Origin: Octopus vulgaris
Lineage: Eukaryota
DNA length: 64,000 nucleotides
Reading direction: 5' to 3'
NCBI GenBank assembly: GCA_951406725.2
Contig: OX597825.1
Coordinates: 77,996,001 to 78,060,000, forward strand
Shown here: positions 25,674 through 40,381 of the stretch, in pieces
How positions within the stretch are numbered: position 1 is the stretch's first letter
Layout: every line of letters begins with the position of its first letter
The notes under the pieces: model-generated
What the model was told of the DNA's origin: nothing
Database searches by the model: none
Seen by the model: the letters and a program-made list of their open reading frames with translations, nothing else
Position numbers and translations under genes: made by a program

Positions 25674-26973
25674 TGTATGTATGTATGTTAATGTTATGTA
25701 TTTGGCTGATGCGGAACGACTACGTAGATTTTTCCTTCATGAATGTTGCAGTTGGTATTTTCGTTGTCTTTCGGTCCTAAATGGAATTTCTTCCAGAACT
25801 TCTATGCTGCAATATAGTACAATACTCATTTTTCCATTTTATATTTCAGGCACGGTACACCCGGGACTACATTATCAACAGTATCCTTCTTTGTCGTCAG
25901 TATTTAGCCCTTGTTCAACCGTGATCCTGGACGCCCGCGATCGAATTCCTTGCTGTCGTATAGTGATTCCAAGCTGACGTTATCGAAAAGTACGTCAATA
26001 AATGTTCGTTACCCCCAGATTAAACTAATCAACTGCGCAGATCTATTTAAAGAAAGACCTGCCTCCCGTAATTTTGTTAGATATTTCGTATCAACTACTG
26101 ACTTCTTGACCTGTTATACTAAGTAATTTGAGGAAAATTTGGCTGCTATTTCTGTTCAATCGGGCTTCCATGTTGAGGCTACCTGATTTGGTCGTTTATA
26201 TCTCATATAATTTTAAAAGAAAAGAGGGAAATGATATATCTCATGGGAATATATTGTAAAGAGAAAAAATATTGAAAAAAAGAAAAAGGCTATACCGAAT
26301 GAGCGGACAAAAAATGACGCCTAGAAAAACTAAGATACGTAACGTCTTTGTGTTTCTCTCTCCGTTTTTCTTCTCTAAAACACTTCAGCTTTGGATAAAT
26401 GGTAAAAGAAAGGCTAGAAACATACGCAAATAGATAAAAATGAAGCGATTTATCATCAGAAGGTTGTTAGATGTGAGAGATAAGATGAGGCTAAAACGAA
26501 ATGATTTTAAGCCAAATAGATAACTACGAAACAACTGGAAATGAAGAAAGGCAAAAAAAAAAAAAAAAAAAGATAATGATGATAAAATAAAGTAAAACAA
26601 AAATAAACGCTCATAGATCGATTCCGGAAATTACCACGTCTGAAATGAATCATTAGGGTAAGGGGAAAACGTTGTGATTTGTGATTTCTAGTTGAGTAAT
26701 ATCGATTTTCGTCAATGATTAAATCAAAGAAGTGCAGGCGTGTGTTGAGTGTTCAGTTTAAGATCTTGATACTTTGATCTGCCGTTCAGTCGCGGGTTCA
26801 ACCTGGAAAAAGAAAAAGAAAAAGAAAATTCAAGGATTAACGGGTAACATATACACGTAGCCTTCTGAAAAGCTTATACTGATGTATGTGCGCGCGCGCT
26901 CAAACACACAAATTATATATACAAATGTATGATACATGTGTGTTGTGTGTGTGTATAGATTTATATATAAAAG

Positions 26974-27076
<103 letters not shown>

Positions 27077-27078
27077 TA

Positions 27079-27118
<40 letters not shown>

Positions 27119-27194
27119 AACATTTATATACATAGATATATATATATATAAATGCTTGCATGTGTGTGTATATATGTATATATATATATACATT

Positions 27195-27227
<33 letters not shown>

Positions 27228-27314
27228 ATATATACACAAATTTATATACATAGATATATAAATGCGTGTATGTGTGTGTGTGTATAAATGTATGTATATA
27301 TAAATATATATATA

Positions 27315-27451
27315 CAGAAATAAGCAGGTATATTAGTTTAACGCTCGGGAAGAATAGAAAAGTAATTTATGTTTCGAGTCTACGCTCTTCGGCAGAAAAG
27401 TTTAAGAGGTAAAAAAACGGAGAGGAGAAAAATGTGTAGGGCCAAACGGTT

Positions 27452-27455
<4 letters not shown>
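27315..27455 (-). mobile_element. Short element related to 16425-16622, with a degenerate hammerhead-like motif (27365-27400)
   Basis: Minus strand: ttt ctgccga a gagc gtag actc gaaa ca ta ..cccgagcgtta. Confidence 0.55.
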
Positions 27456-27482
<27 letters not shown>

Positions 27483-27705
27483 GACTCACGTATATATATA
27501 TCTATGTATCAATACACGAATGGGTGTACAACGGAACAAAGTGACAAGGAGGCACTCAACACATTTTGTAAGAAGTACATTTATTTTCATACTGTTTGAC
27601 TCACCTCCACATCACCTAGAGTTTCGTTAGCGCGTAAGACGCGTTCATTTCATTGAATATTACGAGATGGGTTCGCCTTACGCTCCCACCAAATTTTAAG
27701 ATATA

Positions 27706-27741
<36 letters not shown>

Positions 27742-28427
27742 CTTTTATTCTTTTACTTGTTTCAGTCATTTGTATCATTTGTATCAGGAAACTAAACACT
27801 TACAAAGATGACCATTCATTGTTTTAGGTATCGAACCGGTGTGAAATGATATTAAGCGAAATAATTTAGTCTATAATGGAACGGAAACGAGAAACCGTAG
27901 GTAACGACTTAGTTTGAAATAAATATCAGGCTCCTTTATCAAAACCATTCAGGAATTTTGTATAAGGTAGTTGTGTTATCAACTAAGGTTTTATTTCATT
28001 TTGTTTCTTCTTGTGCAGCATAACATGTTTCAATCGTTCTATTTTCTAAAGGCATTGTAAGTCACGGATAAATAGTACATATTTGTCACAGTATCGTCTT
28101 AACCTTATATGTTGTGTGTCTTCTATTCAGAAATTATATCTTAACTTCACAATTCGTAAGGCAAAACATCATAACTTATTTGTTTTGACATCGCGATCTG
28201 TATGTCTTAACCTCATAATTTCTATGCATCATATCCAGAATATATGTCTTAAATTCATTTATGCCTGTCTTAACATGAAAGACATGCATCATGACTTGAG
28301 TAAGTTGATGTCATAATTTATATGACTTTCTTGATAGCTTCTATATTCAAACATCAGAGCCTGTACGTCTTAACCTCATAACTCGAATATCCTAAATTCA
28401 TAATTTGTACATCCAAACATTATTGCT

Positions 28428-28630
28428 TAAGGCGGCGAAATGACAAAACCGTTAGCAAATTGGACCTAATTTTGTTACAGTATTTCTTCCGGCTCTTTAC
28501 GTTCTGAGTTCAAATCCAGCGAAAGTCAGTTTTGCTTTTATTCTTTTCGTGGCCGATAAAATACAGTACCAGTGAAGGACAGGTTTCGATGTAAATAAAT
28601 TGTTCCCTAAAAAATCACTGACCTTGAGCC
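28428..28630 (+). mobile_element. SINE family B, diverged
   Basis: taaggcggcg..gttagc..gttctgagttcaaatcc. Confidence 0.7.
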
Positions 28631-28757
28631 CTTCAAGATGAACGTTGAGATCTCGGTCACTTATACGCTGTAGCAGCCGGGGTAAACGACCTTATGATAC
28701 CAAGGGGCGAAGAATAATAGAAACAAAAACATCATAATTTTAGGTATCTTTATATTG

Positions 28758-28895
28758 ATTTCAAATTTTGGCACAAGGCCAGCAATTTCGGAGGATGGAG
28801 AAAATCGATTACATCGATCTCAGTGCTGGTACATATTTTATCGACCCCGTAAGGATGAAAAGTTAAAGTCGACACCGGCGGCATTTGAACTCGCC
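28758..28895 (-). mobile_element. SINE family B fragment
   Basis: tttcaaattttggcacaaggcc..tcgaccccg..aaagtcgac. Confidence 0.7.
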
Positions 28896-29102
28896 ATCTT
28901 TCTATGCCTTTGTGTTATAACTTGTATTTATTAATTTCAAAATTCATGTCCGTTAGGACATAACTTGAATGTTTTGAACATTACAAATGTGGTGCCCCAG
29001 CATGGCCGCAGTCTAATGACGAAAACAAATAAAGGACAAAAATAATTCCATATTTAACATGGATTACTAAATAACATTGGCCACTTGAAGATTATACACA
29101 CA

Positions 29103-29652
29103 CAGTAACGCTTCGATATACGAGTTAATTTGTTCCCGGAGACCGCTCGTAAAGTGAAAACTCGTAAAGCAGAGCAATAATTTCTCATAGTAGTAATGTT
29201 ATAAATCCTAGAAAAATATTTTACCAATAAAATTTATAATTCTCGTAAATAAATCCAAATAAAACAAAAGTAGTATGTAAAGTAGTTTTTTATGTGAAGG
29301 ATAAAGAATGTCAAGATCATTTATAATTAAAAAAATATTATTATAATCGCTTTTTGAATCCCTTTCACTCTCACTAGACTCCCGTGCGCCATCAGTTGCA
29401 GACGCGATCGCCGATTCACAAGCACCCGTAGACGGACTCGTAGATTTCCTTTTAAAAAACAAGTCTAGAGCAGTTTGCTGAGAAGAAGCTTTTTTTTTTC
29501 GCCTTCTATAAATTTTTCGGTAACGCAGGAGCATTTATTATGGTAGTAGAAACTTTTGCACTTTGTTCAAAATTTGAATCTTGCGCTCGAAAAGTAAAAC
29601 ACGTAAACCCAGGGTTTCGTAAGGCGGGTCCACGTAAAGTGAGGTATTACTG
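29103..29652 (-). mobile_element. Tigger/pogo-like non-autonomous DNA transposon (deletion derivative)
   Basis: Imperfect TIRs cagtaacgcttcgatatacg and (rc) cagtaatacctcactttacg (14/20 identical), TA on the right flank. Internal YRKIYRRRKKKASSQQTALDLFFK resembles a Tigger transposase C-terminus. Confidence 0.75.
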
Positions 29653-30225
29653 TACGTGCAAGATTATGATATATCGCAGATAATGAAACATCATAAAAAA
29701 TATTCGTAATCTTTTAATATATTATCAACGTTGGTTACCAGGTATTGAATGCTTAATTTTAGAACGTGTTCGGCTATTCAATATCCAGGATGTATTTCGC
29801 TTAGATACAACGACAGGCATGTTTGTGTACTCGTGTGTATGAGAGTAGTTACAATTTTTTATTAGATATTGCATAAGCTATGTATCTTTATTGTGTTTCA
29901 TTTCTGTCTATAATGTTTAGTACTGGTGTATTTAAATATCCGGGAGGTCTTTTTTTTTTGTATTTTTTAAATACAGAGATGTTTTATAATAAATGTATTC
30001 AAATAAATTTGCTAAAACCAGATTTCGGCTTTCAATGCAGAAATCAATAACCAATTTAACACGTAGAAAATAATTGTGTTTTTGTAATTTTTAAAAACAC
30101 ACATTTAAAAACAGCGATTTGATACATTTATTCATAAATATGAACACCTATATATAATTATACATATTTATGTATTTATATGTGTATATTTTTATATATG
30201 TATATATACATATATATATATGTAC

Positions 30226-30256
<31 letters not shown>

Positions 30257-30292
30257 TATATGTACACATATATACGTGTATATATATGTATG

Positions 30293-30348
<56 letters not shown>

Positions 30349-30410
30349 AAGAAAGAGACACACACGCACACAGACGCACACACACACACACACACACCCA
30401 CACACACACA

Positions 30411-30623
30411 CAAAGGGATGCTGAAAAGTCCCTACCTTTAAGGGTGTTGGGAAAGGCCTGGCTTGAGGCCCAACCTTCCGAGTTCTTTTACAGGGCTCAG
30501 AAAATTTAAAGGACTGCTGCAAAAAGTGTGAATCTAAGAGGAATATGTTGAATAAAATCATAATTAACAGATTCCCCTGTATTTTCTTTCACCCAAAACC
30601 AGGAACTGTTCAACACCCTTTTG
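30411..30623 (+). mobile_element. Mariner-derived MITE
   Basis: TIRs agggatgctgaaaagtccct and (rc) agggtgttgaacagttcctg. Frameshifted remnant of the mariner C-terminus (KC...EYVE*) near the right TIR. Confidence 0.7.
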
Positions 30624-30711
30624 TGTGTGTGTATATATATATATATATATTAACATCCATATGTATATAGATAAATATATAGGCAAATAGTGAAACAGAC
30701 ACACACACAGT

Positions 30712-30793
<82 letters not shown>

Positions 30794-31712
30794 CATCGTT
30801 AATGATTCTCCCCGTTCACCGCCTTACAACCCAGATAATGATATATTTTATGAGATTCACAAACTCATAAATTTGAGGAAGGTGTTCCGGTCCACAACTT
30901 CTGTCAACTGGTGTTTATTTAATCGACCTCCATGTAAATAAAAAGCAAAAAAAAAAAAACAAGAAGAAACCTTAGCATGTATGTCAAAATGCTTAGCGGC
31001 ATTTCTTTCGGTTTGGCGTTCAGTTGTGCACCTGGGGCGATGTATTCGACTAATTCCCCCCTAACATTTCAGGCATTGTGCCAAAAGTAAAAAGAAAGAG
31101 AAAATTGAAAGCAGAAACGCAGAACATTAATACAATACTACGAATAATTTTCTCAGACTCTCCCAATTCTGACCACAGTTCCAGGGTCTCTCTTTGTTCA
31201 GCGGAAGTATTACAAGGGAGAAGTGTTAATTGTCTGCTAAGGTTCCGATATAGTTACGGTGATGAAGAGAGAGTAGTTTCAAGATGTCTCTTCTAGGTTG
31301 AACAGTTACAAGATGTCTGACATGTTATATAACACTGATGAAGTCTAGAGTTAAGTGGCGTTCAGAACAACCGGAAGTAAGTCATTGAAACTTCCGGGTT
31401 GGTTAAGCTCAGAACCAATCTGAGGAGATAATCAAAAATTAAAGAATTTTACAAGATTCAGTAGCAGTGAGTGGGTGCATATGAAATTGTGTATGCTGGT
31501 GCATGTATATATGCATATGACACACACACACACACACACACACAACTACACACGCACAAATACACACACGCATACACACACATAAAATTTATACAAATAT
31601 ATGGACATGTATATATATATAATAAAATATTAGGGAATAAATCCAAACTTACAGGGAAAAATCAGATTTAGGATTAAATCCAATTTTATAGTATAAATAT
31701 ATTATATCATAT

Positions 31713-32042
<330 letters not shown>

Positions 32043-32099
32043 TATGTGTATGTATATATATGTACATACTTACATATAAGACAAGGGGTACGTACGCCG

Positions 32100-32136
<37 letters not shown>

Positions 32137-33047
32137 AAAAAATACAAACTGATGCATCTAACATATAGTTTGACACCTAAGATGAATAGGAGTTTGTAGT
32201 GTCTCACTGAAGGGGTATGTGTGTGTATGATGTGTGAGTGTGTGTGTACATATACACGTATGCATGTGCGTGTATAATGTATGCACATTTACTAGTAGCC
32301 TTCAGTTTAACACCGTCATCCTTCTTCGTTTTGCTTTGTCCTCACCTTGTCGCTTTTCATTTAGCGGATGTGTTTTACAAATATCCTTATTATATATTTA
32401 TTGGAACTTGAATAGACCCTTGCCACACCAACTTATTCCTTTGACATGTTAAGTCTAGTATCTTGTTACAGTTCACTGGCCCCACACTGTGCTATGCAAT
32501 TGCTACGGAGACATCGTCTGTCTAGCCTCTGAACAACTCAACACCTTCGCCCCTCCCTGCGTTAGAATTATTCTTATATCCTTCAGCCAATCTTTCTTGA
32601 CATCTTTGGCATTATGGATCAACCCCCTAGCTTGCCCTCACTGACTGCAACAATCTTTTTTATATCATACACATAAATATCTCAAATCCAAGAGATATAA
32701 AAGTCATGATAGAAATAAAAAGAAACCTTTCTCCAGAGTGTTCAAAAAGTCTCTCCTCAGTATTTTATTGCAAAATAAATATTTGTAAGATGGTATAAGA
32801 CTACAAAAGAATATATTAGACTTTACAAGACATTATAATACTTTATAAGACATATTGAAAGTGTCGTCCTCCATTTTCAATGCATAAGTTGACTCTTCTA
32901 TATATGTTTTGAAATACATCTTGGAGAGTCTGACTCTTGGAGAGTCTGACTCTTGGAGAGTCAGGATTAAAAAATTCACTGCGGAAAGACTTTTTGAACA
33001 CACTATACTATAGTATGGTATACTATAGTATAGTATAGTATAGTATA

Positions 33048-33128
33048 GTATTTCAAGGCCTGAAATTTTGGGGAAGGGGTTAGTCGGTTTCATCGACCCC
33101 AGTATGTAACTGGTACTTATTTAATCGA
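33048..33128 (-). mobile_element. SINE family B fragment
   Basis: aaggcctgaaattttggg..catcgaccccagtatgtaactggtactta. Confidence 0.7.
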
Positions 33129-33488
33129 ATATAGACAGACAGACAAACAGATTGATAGATAGCTATAGACACATACATGCAGAGAGACAGATATAAATGC
33201 TATTATACGTATGTACATACATACATACATACATACATACATACATACATACATACATACATGCATGCATATATACATACATGCATACATACAGATAAAT
33301 AGATAGATCGATACATACATACAGACAGACAGACAGATATAGTTACTATTATAGTTACATACAAACATACGTACACATACATACATACATATACAAGTAT
33401 GCATATTTAATATATGTGCGTTTGTCTGTCTGTCTATACGTATAAGCGCTTGTACATGTGTGTGCATATCTATATATGTATATATCTA

Positions 33489-33523
<35 letters not shown>

Positions 33524-34343
33524 ATCTATCTATCTATCTATATATATATATATATATATATACACATACATATATGCATACATACATACACACACATACA
33601 TACATACATACATTCATACACACATACATACATACATACATACATACATTCATACATACATACATACATACATACATACATACATACACACACATACATA
33701 CATACATACATACATACACACATACACACATACATACATACATACATACATACATACATACACACATACATACATACATACACATACATACATACATACA
33801 TACATACATACATACACATACATACATACATACATACATACATACATACATACATACATACATACATACATACATACATACATACATACGTTGTGTATTT
33901 ATATAACCTAGGTTGACCTCTCTTGCATAGGTTCCACCCATTGCTGTCACAGGCCGCGTTTATCACAATAACACAACTCGGTAATATGTGGGAACTGTTT
34001 TTCATTACTTATGCCTCTGCAAACACCGGAATTTTCTTATATATATTTAGATAACTTTATGTTCATATTTAATTATTTATTTATTTATTTATTTCGGTAT
34101 TTCTTAAGCAAAAAGCATCAACTGAAGTAAGTTTAACAGAAAAATTGAAACTTTTGAATAATATTTCTTTAAAATTTTTCTTAGCATTAAGAGAGGTCTG
34201 TGATGTATAACGTGTAAGCTTTTTGAAGGAGTTTTCGACGTAGGGTTCATGATAGAAGTTGTTAAACCACATTTCTTTTTAACACATATAAACAGAATCA
34301 TAAACACACATACTCAAACATGTGTGTGTGCGTGTGTGTATGA

Positions 34344-34526
34344 GTCGCAGGCGTGGTTATGTGGTAAGAAGCTTGCTTCCCAAACGCATGGTCCCAGGTT
34401 CGGTCCCTTTGCGTAACATATTGGGCAGGTTTTCATCTACCATAGCCTCAGACCAACCACAGCCTGTGAGTGGTTTTCGTCGACGGAAACAGAAAGAAGC
34501 CCGTCATATATATGTATGTGTGTATG

Positions 34527-34561
<35 letters not shown>

Positions 34562-34788
34562 GCGTGCGCGTACGTGTCTTTGTGTCTGTGTTTGTCTCCC
34601 AGCCATCGCTTGACAACCGATGTTGATGTGTTTACATCCCAGTAACTTAGCTGTTCGATAAATGAGAACGATCGAATAAGTACCAAGCTTACAAAGCATA
34701 AGTTCTGGTGTCGATTTCTTCGACTTTGAGGCGGTGCTCCAGGATGGCCGCAGTCAAATGGCTGAAACAAGTAAAAGAATAAAAGAAT
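34344..34788 (+). mobile_element. SINE family A
   Basis: Full head, microsatellite and tail architecture. Confidence 0.85.
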
Positions 34789-35084
34789 ATCTACATCATT
34801 TAATAAAGACAGTATATATATTTTTATGACCTAATTTTTTCATTCGATGAAAAGCAGGGCTATAAGATGTGTTTTAGCTTGTTATACCATGTGGGCAGAG
34901 TCTGAAGATTGCGTGGAGGCACCAGACATGTTACAAAATGATGTCTGAGTTGTTTTTCCTCGCATGAAACTATTAGTAGCTCATGAAAATATATATACTG
35001 CGTTTGTTAAATAATATTTATCTCCGATCAGATGGAGCACTTTTTTTGCTGATCTTACCAGCATATATACCATTATATTTAGAT

Positions 35085-35202
35085 ATATGGTTCCGAGTTC
35101 AATACTAATAGATGGTACTTTGGGTAGGTGTCTTCCACTGTAGCCCCGGGCAGACTCAAGCCTTTTGAGTGGATTAGGGAGACGGAAATTAAAGAAGTCC
35201 GC
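35085..35202 (+). mobile_element. SINE family A head fragment
   Basis: atggttccgagttcaa..gtgtcttccactgtagccccggg..gagtggatt..gacggaaatt. Confidence 0.65.
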
Positions 35203-35214
35203 CGCACACAAGCA

Positions 35215-35265
<51 letters not shown>

Positions 35266-35398
35266 ACACACACACACATGTATTGCTTTCAACTGCGTAT
35301 TTCACCCATCAAAGGCTAAGTACCGCTCTCCAGCACCTCAACCTTTCTAGCAGCATAAATTACATAGTGTAACACGAGTTTTACTCTTGGGTAGAGCT

Positions 35399-35786
35399 GT
35401 TATTTTCTATTTGCTTACCCTTAGAAAGTATGAAAAATGGCCAATATTTCCTTCAAACTTTGCTTTTGTTATATTTATTCAAACCCCAACACAATCCCTC
35501 TTAAACACGTGGCTATGATGCTCTCCTGTTCATGATACATTGTCAGCCACTAATGGATATGGGTAAGTGGTTAAGGTCAAGCAACTGACAAACAAATCTG
35601 TGGTATTGAGCAGCGTATATGCTGTAACGATATTTCTGCTTCAGCATCTTAGCACTGAATCTGTCTGAAATGTATTGGAAAATAGATCAGTTTTGAAAAC
35701 ATTGATGTCCAGGTCACAAAAGCAAAGTTTGAAGGGAATAGTAGTCATTTCCTTTGATTTCTAGATAGAAGCAAATAGGAAATAAC
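35399..35786. mobile_element. MITE-like element with ~70-bp imperfect inverted ends enclosing family E sequence
   Basis: 35399-35469 pairs with 35716-35786 (for example ccttcaaactttgcttttgt / acaaaagcaaagtttgaagg). Confidence 0.65.
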
Positions 35787-35940
35787 AAAATAGGAAATAA
35801 AAATAAATGAAAATTTTGTTGCAGTGTTATTAGATCCTGCGGGAAGAAGTGAGGTGATGTGACATGTCTATTATTACTCACCACTCCTCAGTGGGCATCA
35901 CTCTGAAGTCATCAGAAGGATCTGCCATAACCACATGCCA

Positions 35941-36546
35941 TTTTATCTCATCAGAGAAGAGCTAAATCATGCTGTGTTCCCGGGTTTTTTTTAATTTTTT
36001 GAGTAAACGCTTGGTACAGATCAAACAGTCTTCGTGCGTCATTGCTAAATCAATTTGGCCTTTCCTCAACGCATACAATTTCTATCGAATGTCCTTGTAC
36101 ACCACCGTTCTGATAGTCCACTCCCACTCCTTAAATTCTTTGGCGATGGCCCTTATTGGTTTCCCGACATCAACGATAAGATTTTAAATTGGAGGGATTA
36201 CGTCGTCCTTATAATGTTCAAACGTTTAAAATGTTCGTGTATTTAGTTGAAACATAACCGGCAAAGGTAGTCCTCTTCTACCCGAACTTTATGCACAAGA
36301 GATCTTGCTACATTTAGAAATTTCACGATTTTTAACTCCCTCTATTCTGCACATACGGCAACAATAGTTACCCTGTTTTGTAATGGCAGATATGGCAAAA
36401 CAATGGTTGCATATTTGTAGATTTCTTGTCTTAGCATTTTATCTGTCATGGTGGATCTGATCCGACAAGGATAAAAGACATTTAATAGGTTTGAATACAG
36501 TACTCTACTGATACTTAAGTATCCTCAAATACACCGTATACCCTGT
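35941..36546 (-). mobile_element. maT/DD37D-like transposon; N-terminal half of the transposase (pseudogene)
   Basis: Minus-strand frame GKPIRAIAKEFKEWEWTIRTVVYKDIR*KLYALRKGQ..TKRLLKKLK..MI*LFSDE, covering the HTH region up to the first catalytic Asp. Candidate terminus cagggt at about 36545. Confidence 0.75.
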
Positions 36547-36645
36547 GTATATACATATATCTATATATATATATATATATATATATATCTGTATATATGT
36601 ATTATATATTTATGTTTGTATGCATATATATATATATATATATAT

Positions 36646-36692
<47 letters not shown>

Positions 36693-37104
36693 CGTATATA
36701 CATACATAGATTTATACATACATAAATACATACATATATATATATGTATACATATGTTTGTCTATATGTATGTATGTATAATGTGCGTACGTATGTATGT
36801 GTATGTATTTTTGTATGCATGTGTGTATATATTAAAAACGATACATACATACATATATCATATATATAAAAATATACACACCCACAGTCACATAAACTCA
36901 TACACACGAATAAATCTGTATATGCGCCATTTTGTACGTGAGGTGATACTGTGTGTGTTGGTGTGTGTGCGTGTGTATATCACTGTATGTGTGTGTGTAT
37001 TGTTTGATAACAAAACATTAATTGCTATGCATAATTCCCGGCGATACAAGGTACATTGCATGTTTTGAAACAAATATTTTCATAACCTTTCCTCTTTACG
37101 AAGA

Positions 37105-37153
<49 letters not shown>

Positions 37154-37191
37154 ATATGCTCTCCCCTTCTCTCTTTCTTTCTCTCTCACTC

Positions 37192-37247
<56 letters not shown>

Positions 37248-37314
37248 CACACACATACATATATATATACATACATGTACATCTGTATACACATACACAC
37301 ACATATATATATTT

Positions 37315-37920
37315 AATAGGGAAGGCTGGTTTATGGGGTTACTTGAGGTTTCTCGCTCATAAGGGGTTTAGCCTTACGGCGTATCTTCGGACCTCAAACA
37401 CTGCTGGCCTAAGACATCTTCAAAATATGGAGGAGAAATGCTTTGCTATAAAGGCAAACACTAGGTGATTATCTCCCTTAGCCATTGACCATCGAGTTTT
37501 GTCCGCACCGACATCTTGAGGTCACCAAAGAACAACAGGGTAAACGATTGTCTCCCTTCGGCTTTGGCTATTGGCTTCCGGCTGTAGCGTCACCTTGCGG
37601 ATGCCAAAAAGCCAGGAGGAATCTTCTAAAATGCAAGCATGGCCCGGATATCTCCGTCCAGGAGTTCAGGATGCTACCTGGAACAAGCGAGTCTTTTAGA
37701 GTTCTCGTGCGTTCGGCAATGCATAACTTCCAACGTTTCGCCCCGTTGATGTAGGGGCTTGGGTTCTCGAGCATTTTCCATGCGATCGAGTATCGTATCC
37801 CTTCGTCTATTAGTTGCCAGATATGGCTGGCCAGCGATGTCACGTATCTCCTTTCCGGCCTCCCCCGTTATAGCATTAACTGCACTACATCATAGAGAGT
37901 GCTTCCCCTCCGATTTTATA
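37315..37920 (-). mobile_element. Penelope-like element 3' fragment: GIY-YIG C-terminus plus pLTR with a hammerhead-like motif (37337-37393)
   Basis: TSLASHIWQL..YSIAWKML..PY..KRWKLCIAE..LNSWTEISGPCLH matches the PLE endonuclease end. Downstream: GGU-CCGAAGA-..-GAAA-CCUCAAG-UA-ACC. Confidence 0.8.
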
Positions 37921-38113
37921 TATTTCTACACACGACATATATATATATGTATATAGTTATGTCATATTCTGTTAAGAACATGGCAGAGTACAGTATAAAG
38001 GTCGTCCATCTTCAGATTTCATGCTGTGCGATCCAGTAGTAGCATTATATGGACTTCCAGATTTCCGTTTGGGTTTCTGTAATGTGTGAATACACATATG
38101 TATACATATATGT

Positions 38114-38173
<60 letters not shown>

Positions 38174-38301
38174 TTATATATAATACACATAATACGCACA
38201 CACGCATATATATATATATATCCATATATACATATATATATACACGTATAAATAGATATATATACTTATATATATATATATATATATATTTACACACACA
38301 T

Positions 38302-38406
<105 letters not shown>

Positions 38407-38535
38407 AATATATATATGTATATCCTAAAACGTAAATATATGACGAATGCGTTGGATGGCCTATCATTTTGCTATATATTGTAAATAGTATATATATATG
38501 TGTGTGTGTGTGTAGTAAATGAAAAACAGGAGATG

Positions 38536-38574
<39 letters not shown>

Positions 38575-39017
38575 TTCCATCTTCTGTTTTTCATTTACTA
38601 CACATATATACACATATATATGCATGTATGTAAGCATACATACATGCATACATTCAGACATATATGCACACACAACACACACAGTACACCTACAATCACA
38701 AACCTACACACATACGCATGCACACGTGTGTGTATCTGTGTGCCAGTATAAATGTGTGCTAGAGTATTTGCGCTGATACACACACGATTAGCAAGCACGT
38801 GAGCGGCCCCGACAGACACACACACATATATACATAGATAGAAATAATTAAGTTTTGATTGAATTAATATATTCTGAGCACACTTCGCATGTTAACGATA
38901 ATATATTTGGCAAACACATGTCATAAGGAATAGCTTCTTTACGCTTCTGTTGCTTCTGATATGATCTCTCATACAAACACGGGACTGCGTTCTACATCCT
39001 CCTACACACACACAAAC

Positions 39018-39104
<87 letters not shown>

Positions 39105-39161
39105 CATACACAAAGAGAGAATGATAGACAGACAGACAATCAGACAGACAGACAGACAGAC

Positions 39162-39200
<39 letters not shown>

Positions 39201-39215
39201 TAGATAGATAGGTAG

Positions 39216-39266
<51 letters not shown>

Positions 39267-39271
39267 GATAT

Positions 39272-39384
<113 letters not shown>

Positions 39385-39397
39385 TAGATAGATAGAC

Positions 39398-39489
<92 letters not shown>

Positions 39490-39559
39490 GTATATAGATA
39501 GATATCTTTTTATTAGGTCACACAGGGCTAAACACAGGAAATACAATGTAGAGTATGTA

Positions 39560-39751
39560 TGTTTTAGCCATAAGACAACGGTCATGCCGGGACAACACCT
39601 TCAAAGGATTAGTCGAGCAAATGGATCCCAGCTATTGCACTTTTAAGCCTTCTCGGTCGCCGTTGCCGGGGACGTAATCTAACTAATACCGGTTGTCAAG
39701 CAGTGGAGGCGGATGAACACAAACAAAATGACATATACACTCATACACATT

Positions 39752-39783
<32 letters not shown>

Positions 39784-39831
39784 GATCTATCTATCTATCT
39801 ATCTGTCTATCTCTAGCTATCTGTCTTTCTG

Positions 39832-39891
<60 letters not shown>

Positions 39892-40032
39892 CTACAGGCT
39901 TCCTTCTGTTCCCTTCTACCAAATCCACTCACAATGTTTTGGGTTATACTAGAATACTTTTCCCCAAGGTGTCACACAGTTGAACCAAACCCAAGACCAC
40001 ACTCTTGGGAAGCGAGATTCTTACCCACGCAG
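39560..40032 (-). mobile_element. SINE family A, old diverged copy
   Basis: ggggacgtaa..ccggttgtcaagc..ctaccaaatccactcacaa..cccaaggtgtcacacag. Confidence 0.7.
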
Positions 40033-40204
40033 CAATTCTTATATGTATGAGTGTATATATGCATGTGTGTGTGTGTATATATGTATGTATACGTACGCAT
40101 ATATATACGTAATATAAATAACATATACATTCATATATACATACTTATATGTACATACATCTATACGTATATATATATATATATATACATAATATATGCA
40201 TATG

Positions 40205-40381
40205 TTGGCACAGGACGTCACGAAACGTGTACAACAAAGGATACGAAGTACGAGTACATGGAATATGATCTATTTTTTCGAACAACGAAAAACACAAATG
40301 GAAAACAAGACAAACAGCATAAAGAACGACACTTCATCAGGAGTTGACTGTTTTTCTACTCTCGTATTTCGGCGCTCGGGC
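40205..40381. repeat. Family D short element (also at 51590-51870 and 62362-62540)
   Basis: Shared acaggac.tca..aaacg..aacaacgaaaaacac..cttc.tcag segments; all copies are flanked by (TA) or (TG) tracts. Confidence 0.6.

Noticed and set aside
31330-31405. CTGATGA followed by an aaccggaagt/acttccgggtt hairpin
   Set aside because: No correctly placed stem II-GAAA-UH arrangement, so not counted as a hammerhead.
35876-35882. Strong minus-strand donor G|GTGAGT
   Set aside because: The upstream sequence is a decayed transposase, not a host exon.
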